A DNA stretch of 64,000 nt, taken from assembly GCA_963782915.1 (NCBI GenBank), contig CAWALK010000011.1, positions 32,001 through 96,000 on the forward strand, in the 5' to 3' direction. Within the stretch, counting starts at the first letter, position 1; every line of letters begins with the position of its first letter. The DNA comes from an uncultured archaeon. Lineage in GTDB: Archaea; Thermoproteota; Bathyarchaeia; Bathyarchaeales; Bathycorpusculaceae. The position numbers and the translations under genes were made by a program. A model generated the notes under the pieces. The model was not told where the DNA came from. It ran no database searches and saw nothing but the letters and a program-made list of their open reading frames with translations. Shown in pieces: positions 19,385-32,063 of the stretch.

Positions 19385-22220
19385 TTAGGTGGAGGTTGAC
19401 TCGCGGGTTTCCCGGACGAGTGGTTTTGCCTCCACGATTGGGAGGTCCTCTACTGGCGCTTTTGCTGTTTGCTTTGCTTCAACTGGTGGTGTTGGTAGGC
19501 TTTTTTGTACGCATCGGAAGTCAACGTCTTCGCCTTGCAGGTCAAGTTGTCCTTTGACTGTGCCGTCGCTTAGGTATTCGATGCCAAAGCCCATTTTCTT
19601 GGTTAGGCTGATGGCGCGGTAGTTGTCTTGGAGCATGATTGCGTAGACGCTTTCGACGCCTTTTTCTTTGGCGATGTCAAGTGAGTAGTCGACGAGTTTT
19701 GTGCCCAGTCCTAAGCCTTGCCAATAGTCGGATACGATAAACGCCATTTCGCCGTGTTTGCCGTCCGGTTCAATGCTGAGGCGGCTTACTCCGAGGATTT
19801 TGCGTTTGCCGTTCTCAACCATCTCTGCCACTAAGGCGACTTCGCGGTCATAGTCAACGTTGCAGTATCGAACGCGGACTTCATGCGGGGTGTCTTTTAG
19901 CATCTGGAAGAATCGGTATCTGATGGATTCTTCGCTGAGGCTTTGGAACCATTCTATCCACATGGGTTCGTCCTCCGGTTTAATGGGACGCAACAGGACT
20001 TCTTGGCCGTTTTTGAGTAGCCATAGGATTTCGTACTTCTTGGGGTAGGGGCTGATGACCATGTGTTCGTGTGGCTCGAATTTCTTGCAAACCTTATCTT
20101 TGTCAACGACGATTCTGGCGTCGAGGACGCAGGCGTCTTTTTCGCTGATTAGCAAGGGGTTGATGTCGATTTCTTTGATTTGCGGGAAGTCTACGAGTAG
20201 TTGGCTGAATTGCAGGATGGTTTCGTCGAGGCGTTTTAGGTCCACCGGTGCTGAGCCGCGGAAGCCTTTGAGCAAACGGTAAACTTTGGTTTCCTCCATC
20301 ATACGCCTGATCAAAGTGGTGTTTAATGGTGGAAGCCCGATTGATACGTCTTTGAATAATTCTACGCCGACGCCTCCCATGCCAAAGAGGATGACTGGGC
20401 CAAATACCGGATCGGTTTTTCCGCCGATGATGACTTCGTGGCCTTTCTTTTCAACCATAGGCTGCACAGTGACACCGATAATCTGCGCGTTGGGGTTGTA
20501 TGCGGTTGCGCGTTGGATGAGCAATTCGAATGCGTCGCGGACTTCTCTTGGGCGAGTTGACGTTTAGGATGACTCCGCCTGCATCGGATTTGTGGATGAT
20601 TTGGGGCGAGAGAATCTTTAGGACAACTGGGAAGCCCATTTCGGTTGCAAGGGCGACTGCTTCGTCAACGTTGTTGGCGACTGCGGTGCGTACGATTGGG
20701 AAATTGTAGTATTTGAGTATTTTTTTAGCTTCATCTTCCGTTAGGACTTCTCTGTCTTCGAATGCAGCGTTTTTGAGGATGGCAAGTATTGGGCGTTTTG
20801 GCGGTGAAGCATCTACCGGTAGTTCCTCGGGGGTTTCGTAGAGGTCTTCGATGTTGCGTTGGTAATTGTACATGTACATGTAGGTTTTGAGTGCTTGCTC
20901 AGGTGTGCTGTAGGTTGGGATGTTGTTGGCGTTTAGGATGTTGTTTGCTTCTTGTACTGCTCCGAAACCCATGAAGGATGTTACGATGGTTTTGTTCTGG
21001 TAGGGTTTGTTGCGGACTAATTCAACGATGTCTTTGGCGATTTCTACGGATTCGGAGACTGCCTGCTGAGTAAAAATAACTAGTATGCCGTCGACGTTTT
21101 CGTCGTTTAGGGCACAGTCCATAGCTGCTTTATAGCGGTCTGCTTTGGCGTCGCCTAAAACGTCGATTGGGTTACCGTGGCTCCAAAACGGAGGCAAAAC
21201 AGCGTTGAGTGAATCGATGGTTTTTTGGCTGATTTTAGCTAATTGACCGCCGAAGCCGATCAGCGCATCAGTTGCCATGACTCCCGGGCCGCCTGCGTTG
21301 GTGATGATAGCAACATTATTGCCTTTAGGCAGAGGCTGCGTTCCTAAAACTTCAGCTGCATTGAATAAATCCGCGATTTCATTAACGCGAACTACGCCTG
21401 CCCGTTTAAAGGCAGCATCGTAAACCTCGTCTGAACCTGAGAGTGAACCTGTATGTGAAGCTGCTGCTTTGGCGCTCTCTGTGAATTTGCCGGATTTTAC
21501 GACGATGATTGGTTTAGTTCTTGCGAAGTGGCGGGCGGCACTCATGAATTTGCGGGCTTCAGTTATGCCCTCAACATACATGAGTATGCTTTTGGTTTTG
21601 GGGTCAGAACCAAAATAATCGATTAAGTCGCCGAAGTCAACATCAATCATGGAGCCAACGGAGACGAAGTTGCTAAAACCAATGTTTTCATGAATTGCCC
21701 AATCCAAAATTGCTGAGCCCAATGCGCCGCTTTGTGAGAGGAATGCGACGTTGCCGGGTTTTGGCATTTTGTCAAGGAATGTAGCGTTGAGGTTGATTCT
21801 TGGGCGAAGGATACCGATGCAGTTGGGTCCGATAACGCGTATGCCATGTTTCTTGGCGATGCATCCAACTTGGTCTTCAAGAGCCTTGCCGATGGGGCCA
21901 GTTTCTTTGAAGCCTGCGGAAACAATGATGACGCCTTTTACTTTGGCTTTTCCGCATTCTTCCATAACTCCTGGAACCGTTTTTGCGGGCGTAGCAATCA
22001 TCGCTAAGTCCACGGGCTCCGGAATTTGATCCACTGTTTGGTAAGTTTTAACACCTAAAATTTCTGGTTTTTTAATGTTGACAAAGTAAACTTTGCCAGC
22101 GAAACCCGACTGGGTAAAGTTCTTCACAATCGCGTAACCGACTGAACCTTCCACGTCACTGGCTCCGATGATAGCTACATTTTGAGGATTGAAAACCTTG
22201 TCAAGGTTTGTTGTTACCAT
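19385..22220 (-). CDS. NDP-forming acetate-CoA ligase family protein fused to a C-terminal GNAT domain (Pat/PatZ-like); frameshift near 20555
   Basis: IGPNCIG, SQSGALG, SHTGSL, TNAGGPG, NPIDVLGDA; ATP-grasp HKSDAGGV..DPVFGP..DINPL; GNAT LRPIKPED..WQGLGLG. Confidence 0.92.
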
Positions 22221-22373
22221 TCTATAACCTTCTGACTTAGGTCGGTGTTATGCTATAAATTAAAGCTTATTGTTCTGGAATCAGTATTTTTCAAAGGCAA
22301 ACGTGATTCTATGACACAAAACGTCCATTCATACTTTGCATTGATGAGAATGGGCTGATACAGAAACAGGGGG

Positions 22374-22819
22374 TTACTTGAAGTATTTTTTAATATCGAC
22401 AAGCGACAGTACTGCAACTCCATTAGCTGTCAGCAGCTGCTCGGCTTTTTCAAGCTCGCTTGGCCGGATTATCAGTGCAACTTTACCGCCCACATGCACA
22501 GCGGAGGAATAAGCGTACTCGATGTTTATGCCGCTGTCACCCAAAATCTTTGTAACTTTAGATAAGCGGTCTACCTCGGAGCTGAAAAACGCTGTTACCT
22601 CAGTGTTCTTCTTAGATTTAGCCAGACTAAACCCGCATCCTGTAGCAACGCAATGGCTTTCTGCGGTTCCTCAGTAATCAAGCGGACAACGCCGAATTCG
22701 CCGGCTTCAGCAATCGAAATCGCAAAAACCCGGAGCTGATTGTTATCTAACTGGGACATGGCTTCGAAAAGTGATCCTGGTCGATTATCAAGAAACACGG
22801 CTACTTGCATTATAGGCAA
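22374..22819 (-). CDS. ACT-domain protein of the paaK/ior cluster (frameshifted)
   Basis: QVAVFLDNRPGSL..AISIAE..GVVRLI; the second frame gives GINIEYAYS. Confidence 0.85.
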
Positions 22820-22951
22820 ACAGGCACCCTCACAGGTCTTATTTGTGTGGTGGGTATTTAACTTTTAAGCAACCCAAGCTCTAAGTTTAAAATTGGCAGT
22901 TGAGAATCTGTTTTTTACCAACCTTTATATTATAACTTGAATAATCCTTGC

Positions 22952-23714
22952 ATGCTGGAGATTGCAAGTTTGCTCAAATGCATAGGAGTCTCCAAACGCT
23001 TTGGAGGACTTCAAGCCCTAAAAAACGTAGATTTTACCATTAACAGCGGCGAAATCGCTGGACTTGTAGGCCCCAACGGCTCTGGAAAATCCACTTTACT
23101 CAACTTAATCAGCGGCGTCTACAAACCCGACTCAGGCCAAATCACTGCTCTTAGGCGAAGACATCGCAAAGCTTCCCCCATTTGTTGTATGCGCTAAAGG
23201 CGTTACCAAAACAGCGCAGACCGTGCAGTCTTTCCCTGAAATGACCGCAACCGAAAACGTGCTAACAAGCGTTCTTTTTAACCAAAAGAAATCTGCCGCC
23301 AAAACCGACGGCGTGGCACGGGCGCAGGAACTGTTGGCGTTTGTGGGTTTGAGTAAAGACAAATTTGACCTTAAAGCAAAAAACCTAAACGTTGTGGAGC
23401 TGCGTCGGATTCAGCTTGCTAAAGCATTGGCAACCGACCCCAAACTGCTCCTTCTTGACGAATTACTCACTGGTTTAACTCCTAAAGAAACCGATGAAGC
23501 CATCGCACTCATCAAACTCATCAACAAACAAGGCGTAACCGTCCTAATCGTAGAGCATGTCATGCGTGTCATAATGGGACTCTGCGACCGCGTCATTGTG
23601 CTACAGCATGGAGAAAAAATCTGCGAAGGCACCCCCAAACAGGTCTGCACCGACCAAAACGTCATCAACGTCTATCTTGGTAAACGCTTCACATTCGGCG
23701 AGGAAGAACAATAA
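22952..23714 (+). CDS. livG: Branched-chain amino acid-type ABC transporter ATPase (frameshifted)
   Basis: KRFGGLQAL, GPNGSGKST, LLLLDE, VEHVM. Confidence 0.9.
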
Positions 23715-24418
23715 TGCTTGAAATCGAAAACGTCTGCGCATCCTATGGCATGGTAAAGATTCTACATAACGTAAACTTTAGGGTAGAAGAAAAAGAAATC
23801 ATCAGCATCATCGGTCCCAACGGCGCAGGAAAAACCACACTTGTCAAAACCATCATGGGTTTCCTCAAACCGCAGACGGGCACAATCAAGTTCAAGGGCG
23901 AAAACATCGAAAAACTCTCCACCTGTGAAATTGTCAAAAAGGGCTTAACTATGATTCCTGAGGGCAGAGAAATCTTTCCCCGCATGACCGTTAACGAAAA
24001 TTTGATGTTAGGCGCTTACACCATCAAGGACAGAGCGAAAGTTAAGGAAACCAAAGAGAAAGTTACCGCAATCTTTCCGGTGCTAAAGAAGAAAGAGAAG
24101 GCGCTGGCTCAAACGTTGAGCGGTGGCGAGCAGCAGATGCTTGTTATCTGCCGAAGCCTAATGTCCAATCCGCAACTGCTGATTTTGGATGAGCCATCAT
24201 TGGGTTTAGCACCCATCATAGTAGAGAAAGTTCTCGACACAGTACGCACCATAAACGACGAAGGCGTAACCGTGCTGCTGGTAGAACAGAACATCCATGA
24301 CAGCTTAAACATTGCCAGCCGAGGCTACGTTCTTGAAGAAGGCAAGATAGTATTAGAAGGAAAAAGTAGAGAACTTTTATCTAATACGCACATAAAAGAA
24401 GTGTATCTAGGCGTATAG
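23714..24418 (+). CDS. livF: Branched-chain amino acid-type ABC transporter ATPase
   Basis: GPNGAGKTT, PEGREIF, LSGGEQQM, LDEPSLGLAP, VEQN. Confidence 0.95.
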   Translation: MLEIENVCASYGMVKILHNVNFRVEEKEIISIIGPNGAGKTTLVKTIMGFLKPQTGTIKFKGENIEKLSTCEIVKKGLTMIPEGREIFPRMTVNENLMLGAYTIKDRAKVKETKEKVTAIFPVLKKKEKALAQTLSGGEQQMLVICRSLMSNPQLLILDEPSLGLAPIIVEKVLDTVRTINDEGVTVLLVEQNIHDSLNIASRGYVLEEGKIVLEGKSRELLSNTHIKEVYLGV

Positions 24419-24437
24419 TCCAAAGAGGATTAAGCAT

Positions 24438-25758
24438 ATGGTCGACGGTAAATACTGGAACCAAAAAATCGAAACTATGCCCAGAGCGGACATACAAAAA
24501 CACCAGCTACAAAAACTCAAAGAACTAGTCAAATACTGCTATGAAAACAGCAGCTTTTACCGCAAAAAATTTGACTCCGTCGGCTTCAAACCAACCGATA
24601 TCCAGACCCTCGATGACCTAAAAAAAATCCCTTTTACAATAAAAACTGACCTAAAAGACAACTATCCATACGGTATGGTTACCACTAAACCGGAAGAAAT
24701 CGTCGAAATCCATGCATCCAGCGGAACAACAGGCAACCCAATAGTTGGCGCCTACACAAAAAACGACATGGATGTCTGGTCCGAATTAATGGCTCGATGC
24801 CTCTACACCGCCGGCAGCCGAAAAGAAGACATCATCCATGTATCCTATGGTTATGGCTTATTCACTGGCGGCTTAGGCATGCATTATGGCATACAGAAGC
24901 TCGGAGCAAGAGTCGTGCCTGCAAGCGGCGGCATGACACAACGGCAGATTAAACTCATGAAAGATTTAGGCACCACAATACTCGCATGCACCCCAAGCTT
25001 CGCAGTTTATCTCTCAGAAACCATGACCCAAGAAGGCGTTAACCCAAGAAAAGACCTCAAACTCAAAAGAGGCATATTCGGCGCTGAACCTTGGTCAGAT
25101 AAAATCCGCGAACGAATCGAGCAGGAAATGGGCATTGAAGCCTTCGACATTTACGGCTTAACTGAACTCTGCGGTCCAGGCGTCTCCGTCGAATGTGAGA
25201 AGCATGCGGGCTTGCATATTTGGGAAGACCACTTCATCGTAGAAACCATCAACCCAGACACAGGCGAAGTTTTGGCACCCGGTGAAGAAGGCGAATTAGT
25301 CTTCACAACCTTAACCAAAATGGGCATGCCCATGCTACGTTACAGAACAAGAGACATCTCCAAATTAACCACAGAAACATGCAAATGCGGACGCACCCAC
25401 ACAAGAATGCAACGTGTATCCGGAAGATCCGACGACATGCTCATTATCCGAGGCGTAAACGTTTTCCCCTCACAAATCGAGTATGCCGTCATGTGCTTTA
25501 GCGAGTTAGCCACACAATACCTGATTGTGGTTGACAGGCCAGGTGCCCTAGATACCTTCGTTGTTAAAGTTGAATTATCCGATAAAGCCTCAAAAGATCC
25601 AAGCCTTAGACAAGAATGCACTCAAAAACGAAATCCAAAAACGCATCCACATAGTAACAGGCATATCCGCAGACGTCGAAATCGTTAAGCCAGGCGAGCT
25701 TCCAAGAACCGAAGGCAAAGCAAAACGAGTGCTGGACCTACGCAAAGGCAAAATGTAA
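24438..25758 (+). CDS. paaK: Phenylacetate-CoA ligase (frameshift near 25605)
   Basis: HASSGTTG, YGYGLFTGG, GAEPWS, RYRTRD, GRSDDMLIIRGVNVFP; C-terminus LPRTEGKAKRV in a second frame. Confidence 0.93.
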
Positions 25759-25773
25759 AAGGATTTTGTTTAC

Positions 25774-27965
25774 GTGACTTCCAAGATTGCAGTAGATAAG
25801 CCGGGCAGTTTTGCCTTGCTTAACGGGGACGAGGCAGTTGCACGCGGGGCAGTTGAAGCCACCGTTAAGGTTGCCGCCGCCTACCCAGGAACCCCTTCTA
25901 CTGAAATTTTGGAGGCGCTGGCTGAAGTTTCTAAGGAATTAGGTCTCTATGCAGAATGGAGCATAAACGAAATTGTTGCCGCCGAAGTAGCCGCGGGCGC
26001 GTCTATGACGGGTGTGCGTTCGATGACCTCCATGAAGCATGTGGGCTTAAACGTCGCCGCCGACGCTGTCATGACGCTGGCTTATACGGGTGTTGAAGGC
26101 GGCATGATAATCGTCGTCTGTGACGACCCAGCCTTGCATAGCAGCCAAAACGAGCAGGACACCCGATACTTTGCGGTTCACGCTAAACTGCCATTGCTTG
26201 ACGCCGGCAACCCCCAGGAGGCGCATGACATGGCAAAGGAAGCCTTTGAAATCAGCGAGAAACTGCATTTGCCAGTGATTCTGCGGTTAACCACACGGGT
26301 TGCGCATGGAAAAGCAAGGGTTAAGCTGGGTGAATTCCAAAAAATCAGCCGCTCAGCCGAGTTTGACAAGAACGGCTCCAAATGGGTTATGGTGCCCTCC
26401 AACGCTATCCGCCAGCACAGGGTCTTAGAGGTACGGTTAGCGCAGGCGAAGACGCTTGTGAATCATTCAAAGTATAATGCGATTGAAGATAACGGCGCCG
26501 AAATCGGTATCATAGGAAGCGGAGTTGGTTACTATTATGCTCGTTCAGTGCTGGATACAAAAAAGTTCAGTTGGTTAAAGCTGGGTTTTGTTCATCCGTT
26601 TCCCCAAGAGATTGTACGAAGATTTGCGCTTAAGGTAAAGAAAATCATAGTAATCGAGGAGTTGCGGCCTTACATTGAAGAGAATCTTCAGCGGCTGGGT
26701 CTAGTAGCCTATGGAAAAAACCAGTTGGGCTTAGAAGAAATCGGTGAGTTAACGCCTGATAATGTACGCGAAGCCTTAGCAAATTTTGGCTTAACCGACC
26801 GCGCTGAGGCACCTCAGACGGATGGATTTGCCGCCACGTCCACCAGCACTCTGCCCCGGCTGTCCCCACAGAGCATTCTTCTTCGCTTTGAATTCTTTCA
26901 ATCAGCATATTGAATGCAGCAGCGAAAAATGCGTCGGCTGCGACATATGCGAATACGCTTGTTCCTTTGAAAAAGAAGGCGTCTTTAACCCGCTGAAATC
27001 GCGGATTCGCTCGGTAAGGGTTAATGTGACTTTTAATTCGGCTGTAACCTGCAAAGCCTGCATCAACGCACCCTGTGTTGCAGCATGCCCCGAAGAAGCC
27101 CTAACGTCAGTCCACTCAAACAGGCACAATTAGCGTTGACGAATCAAAGTGCAAGGGCTGCGACTGGTGCATAGAAGCCTGCCAATACGGCGCATTAACC
27201 CTGCATCCTACTTCACGTAAACCCCAAATCTGCGACACCTGCCAAGGCGACCCCAAATGCGTCACTGCCTGCCCAGAAAATGCACTAAGCCTTGTTGGGA
27301 GGTCAAACGATAAAATCGTCACAGGCGACATCGGATGCTACACACTCGGCGTTTTGCCCCCTGTGAGCGCAGTCCAAACCTGCCTCTGTATGGGCGCAGG
27401 CATCGGTCAGGGCGCAGGCATGTTCCATGCAGGCGTAAAAGACAAAGTCTTCTCAGTTTTAGGTGACTCAACATTTTTCCACGCGGGCATGCCCAATCTG
27501 CTAAACATCGTTTACAACAAAGCAAACGTTTGCGTCGTCATCATGGATAACAGCGTCATTGCCATGACAGGGCATCAGCCTACGCCGGGTTCAGGAAAAA
27601 CCGCTATGGGCACAGAAGCCAAAGTAGTCAAAATAGTCGACATCGTCAAAGCAGTGGGCATCGAGAAGGTCATAACAGTTGACCCTTATGACATTAAAGC
27701 GGCAACTGCAGCCGTTAAGGAAATGGTAGAGTACAAGGGGCCCTCAGTGATTATTTCCCAGCGTGCCTGTCCATTGTTGGTGGAGAGGCAAAAGCCCTTC
27801 GAAGTACAGGATCAATGCAACGCTTGCGGAGTCTGCGTGAAAGCATTCGGATGCCCAGCCATCACATTGGGCGACGAACACGCCAAAATCGACACAACCC
27901 TCTGTATGGGTTGCGGTGTCTGCTCAACAGTGTGCCCCTTCGACGCAATAAGGAGAAAAGAATAA
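25774..27965 (+). CDS. iorA: Indolepyruvate:ferredoxin oxidoreductase alpha subunit with an inserted multi-[4Fe-4S] domain (two frameshifts)
   Basis: AYPGTPSTEI, MKHVGLN, SSQNEQD, CPGCPHR, GDIGCY, GDSTFFH, C-terminal ferredoxin. Confidence 0.9.
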
Positions 27966-28552
27966 TGAAGCTTGACATAGTTTTCAGCGGCGTCGGAGGC
28001 CAAGGGGTTGTCGTTTTGAGCGACATTTACTGTGAAGCAGCCATGCTCGACGGCTATGACGTAGCCAAAGCCGAAATCCATGGCATGGCACAGCGCGGCG
28101 GCTCCATAGTCGCTTATACCCGAATCGGCGACAAAGTAGAATGCCCACTGATTGAAACAGGCAAAGCAGACGCAATAATCGGCTTCGAAATCTTGGAAAC
28201 CGCAAGAGTACTGCCCATGATGAAGCCCAACGGGTCAGTAGTTGTAAACACAAAGTACATTCAACCCAACTGCACCGCCGTCGGCGCTAAACTGAAGACT
28301 ACTAAAGAATTAATCGAGTTAATTCAAGCAAAAACCCTCAATTCACACCAAGTTGACGGGACGGGTATAGCGCAGAAAGTAGGCAACCCCTTGGTGGTAA
28401 ACACTGTTCTTCTGGGTGCACTTTCAGCATTGCCAGAGATACCTGTTAAGCGGGAATCGTTTGAGAAGGCAATGGCGACCAGACTCAAAGAGAAATATCT
28501 CACTGTTAACTTGAAAGCATTCCAGCTTGGCAGAGATAACATTTTGCGTTAA
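27965..28552 (+). CDS. iorB: Indolepyruvate:ferredoxin oxidoreductase beta subunit
   Basis: GVGGQG, EIHGMAQRGGS, NTVLLGA, NLKAFQLG. Confidence 0.93.
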   Translation: MKLDIVFSGVGGQGVVVLSDIYCEAAMLDGYDVAKAEIHGMAQRGGSIVAYTRIGDKVECPLIETGKADAIIGFEILETARVLPMMKPNGSVVVNTKYIQPNCTAVGAKLKTTKELIELIQAKTLNSHQVDGTGIAQKVGNPLVVNTVLLGALSALPEIPVKRESFEKAMATRLKEKYLTVNLKAFQLGRDNILR

Positions 28553-28600
28553 TCTTATTAGCGTACGCTTCTAGAATATGCATTAACAAGAGGAGAAATT

Positions 28601-29999
28601 ATGCAAAAGAAACTAGTCGCGATTCTCGGAGTAGCCGTTATAGCTATAATTGTAGTCGCCGCTTTCGTGGCATCAGGACAATTCGCTACCGTACCATCCA
28701 CAGATGCAAGGTCTATCAAAATCGGTTTAGTCGCCTGTTCAGAACGTGCTGAAGGAGACGACATGAACCGCGCCGCGCAATTAGCAGTTAAAGAAATCAA
28801 CGATGCAGGAGGAGTCTTCGTTTCCGCATGGAACACAAAGGTTCCAATCGAAATAGTACACGTTGACACCAAAGACGATTCAGCAGCCAACGCTGTAGAA
28901 CCAGTAAGACGCGCAATACTTAAACGACAACGTTGATATGCTCATCGGCGGATACGCCAGCGCAGGCACCTTAGCCAACGAAGCCGTAGCAATGGAAAAC
29001 CGTGTCCCATACATCATCACAGGCGCCTCATCCACACTAATCACCCGAAGAGGCCCACAGGGAAACTATGCAGGCTTACCAGCAGACGACCCGAAACGAA
29101 CAGAGGACTCTGTAGGCATGAGTTACATGTTCCATTACTGCGTAACCACCTACGAATACAGCAAAACCGTGCTAAACTTCCTAAACAGCACCATGAAACC
29201 CACATTGGACAGCACCTATGGATTTGACGCTTCCAGACCACTCAGATTAGCAGTTATCTACAGAAACGATCCCTTTGGACAAGGAGTTTTAGCTGACAGC
29301 AAAGCCATCATACAAAGCAGCAACCTGCCCATCGAAATCGTCGCGGAACGAGCCTACACTGCCACAGCAACCTCATTCCAAACAGACTTAGGAGTAGTCA
29401 AAGACGCTAAACCAGACGCAGTCTATGTGGTTGACTTCATAAAGAACACCGCTGAAATCTTCAAAGAAGCCCAACAAGACGTCGGCCTAAACACTGCTTT
29501 GATAGCTGTTGAATGTTGTGATGACCCCGCATTCTATAAACTCATAGGCAACTATGGAGATGGAATGCTGATTGAATCACAATTCGGAGCCTACACAGAC
29601 CCAATCTACATGCCAAGCATCCAGAAGTACTATGATGACTTCAAAGCAATGCATGGTCAAGCGCCAGGATTCATGGGCGCAAGCACCTACGACGCCTTCT
29701 ACATAGCAAAAGACGCGATTGAACGGGCAGGCACAGTGGATAAAGCATCTGTTAGAACTGCAATAGAAACCACCAGCCTCAACCAACTCTTGATGATGAC
29801 TCAAACAGGCAAAATCGAGTTCTCTACAGGCACCAACTATCATGAAGTCCAAATCAGCACTTTCATGGAGCAAATGAATTACAAAGCAGACCTTAGCGAA
29901 TGCAGAACCAAAATAGTCTATCCAGACTCCGCAGCGGTTATTGGAACCTTAAAGCAAGCAACCTTTGTTTTGCCACCAGGTTACGTACCAGGCAGTTAA
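28601..29999 (+). CDS. livK: ABC transporter substrate-binding protein, LivK/LivJ type (frameshift near 28920)
   Basis: N-terminal anchor, IKIGLV, LAVKEINDAGG, IGGYAS, YDAFY. Confidence 0.85.
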
Positions 30000-30111
30000 A
30001 TCCATTATCAAATACCTTCCTTTCTTTTCTTATTTTTTCCAGTAATAAATTGAGCCATAATTCTCGTATGTTTTAAATACCATAATTGAGAAAATATGTA
30101 AAGCTGATCGC

Positions 30112-31017
30112 ATGTTTGATCTCTCAGGGTTAGCTAATGCGTTGCTGTGGGGAGTAGCCACAGGCTGCATCTATATCCTCTTAGCCACTGGATTGAACAT
30201 TATTTTTGGCGTTATGAAACTCGTCAACTTCGCGCATGGCCAACTGCTCATGTTGGGCGCATACTTCGCGTTTGCCGTCTCCAGCGCCTTTAGCATAAAC
30301 TCGTATCTCACCACTATTGGCTTAAACTTTTACTTATCCATCGTAGTCGCCATAGTCGCAGTTGCCTTAGTCGGGGTTGCTCTTGAGCGATTAACGTTTA
30401 ACCGTGTACGCGGAAAAGACAAACTAACAGAAATCTTCCTCAGCTTAGCGTTAATCTCGATTTTCGAGAACGCAGTGATTCTTTGGCAAGGCTTCGATTT
30501 ACATCAAATCACAAGCCCCTTCGCAGGACTCAGCGTCCCAGTGGGTTCAGTATCAATCAGTTATGATTGGTTATTCGCCGTCGGCTTCGTCATAGTTACT
30601 CTTGTTGTCTTGTTTGTTTTGCTCAAAAAAACCAAGATTGGCTTAGCAATAAGGGCGACAAGCCAAAAAGGCGAAGCAGCCACCCTTATGGGCATCAACA
30701 TCAAACACGTCTACATCTTCACTTTCGCTTTGGGCGCAGCCTTGGCAGGTGCAGCGGGCGCACTCTACGGAATGGTATTCGCGTTTGACCCCTATGTCGG
30801 CGCTTTCCCAACAATCAAAGCGTTTGCCATCATTATCCTCGGCGGCTTTGGCAGCATACCTGGCGCAATAATAGGCGGTTTACTCTACGGAATCGCAGAG
30901 AACACAGCTGTGTTCTTTTTAGGCGGCATTTGGCAGGATGCAATCGCTTTTGCCATGCTTATCGCTGTGCTGATTATTAGGCCGAATGGGATTTTCGGCG
31001 AAAAGGAGGACCAATAA
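30112..31017 (+). CDS. livH: ABC transporter permease
   Basis: GLNIIFGVMKLVNFAHG, GLAIRA, GGFGSIPGA, RPNGIFG. Confidence 0.93.
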   Translation: MFDLSGLANALLWGVATGCIYILLATGLNIIFGVMKLVNFAHGQLLMLGAYFAFAVSSAFSINSYLTTIGLNFYLSIVVAIVAVALVGVALERLTFNRVRGKDKLTEIFLSLALISIFENAVILWQGFDLHQITSPFAGLSVPVGSVSISYDWLFAVGFVIVTLVVLFVLLKKTKIGLAIRATSQKGEAATLMGINIKHVYIFTFALGAALAGAAGALYGMVFAFDPYVGAFPTIKAFAIIILGGFGSIPGAIIGGLLYGIAENTAVFFLGGIWQDAIAFAMLIAVLIIRPNGIFGEKEDQ

Positions 31018-32024
31018 TGAAGCTACCAATAACGCTGTCAACCAGAACCCTCAAAGAGGACCTTCGGCACTCCAGAAAACTGCAAATCGCCATAATCACC
31101 CTCGTAGCCGCATGCCTACTGCCATTGCTGGATAGAACGGGCTTTGTCACCAGCGAAGTCTTAACGCCCATAGTGATTTTTGCGATTTATGCGTCGGCTT
31201 GGAATTTGCTTGCGTATTCGGGGCAGGCGTCTTTGGGGCATGCCGCGTTTTTGGGTATCGGGGGATTTGTTTCAGCGCTTATCGGCGTAAAGTTAGGGTT
31301 GCCGCCGCTAATGGGGTTGTTTGTTGGAGCCGCTTTCTCAGCATTGATCGGGCTACTGATTGGGCTTGCCTGTGTTAGGCTTAAAACCTGGTTTTTAGCA
31401 ATCGTTACCTTTGGTTTCTCAGTTATCGCAGCGACGTTGTTTACACAGTTTGACTCTGTCGTGGGCGGCGTCTTGGGATTTGCGCCAAAAACTATTGCGC
31501 CACAAGGGCTTCCACTGTACTATGTGGCGTTTGCTTTTGCAGCAGTGTCAATCTTTGCGATTTATCTGGTGATAAAATCGAAGTGGGGCTTAGCTTTCCG
31601 AGCAATCCACCAAAACGAGCAAGAAGCCAAAATGATAGGCATCAACGTCGCCAAATACCGCTTACTCGCATTTGTCATAAGCACATTCTTCGCGGGTTTA
31701 GCAGGAGGATTATACGTAATGTCCACTTCCTACGTGGATGTCTCAATATTTAGTTTAGAACACTCCTTAGAACCGTTGATGATGGCGGTTGTCGGCGGGT
31801 TAATGACGGTTGAGGGACCAATTATTGGCGCAGTCATAGTTGTCTCGTTAGAATCGTATCTGCCAACCCTGGAGCCTCTTTTGCGGTCTAATCTGGGTTT
31901 CATGTTTCCCGAAGTAAGCAACGTCGGACCATACTTGACTGCGTTGGGTTTGGGATTGTTCTTTGTTGTTATGATTATTTTTGCTCCTGGAGGCGTAACT
32001 TCGCTTGTTCCCAAAGTTTACTAA
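31017..32024 (+). CDS. livM: ABC transporter permease
   Basis: SGQASLGHAAFLGIG, GLAFRAI, FAGLAGGLY, GPIIGA. Confidence 0.92.
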   Translation: MKLPITLSTRTLKEDLRHSRKLQIAIITLVAACLLPLLDRTGFVTSEVLTPIVIFAIYASAWNLLAYSGQASLGHAAFLGIGGFVSALIGVKLGLPPLMGLFVGAAFSALIGLLIGLACVRLKTWFLAIVTFGFSVIAATLFTQFDSVVGGVLGFAPKTIAPQGLPLYYVAFAFAAVSIFAIYLVIKSKWGLAFRAIHQNEQEAKMIGINVAKYRLLAFVISTFFAGLAGGLYVMSTSYVDVSIFSLEHSLEPLMMAVVGGLMTVEGPIIGAVIVVSLESYLPTLEPLLRSNLGFMFPEVSNVGPYLTALGLGLFFVVMIIFAPGGVTSLVPKVY

Positions 32025-32063
32025 TCGCTTAAAAGGCGACAAAAAAGCCAAAAGTGAAAGCAA

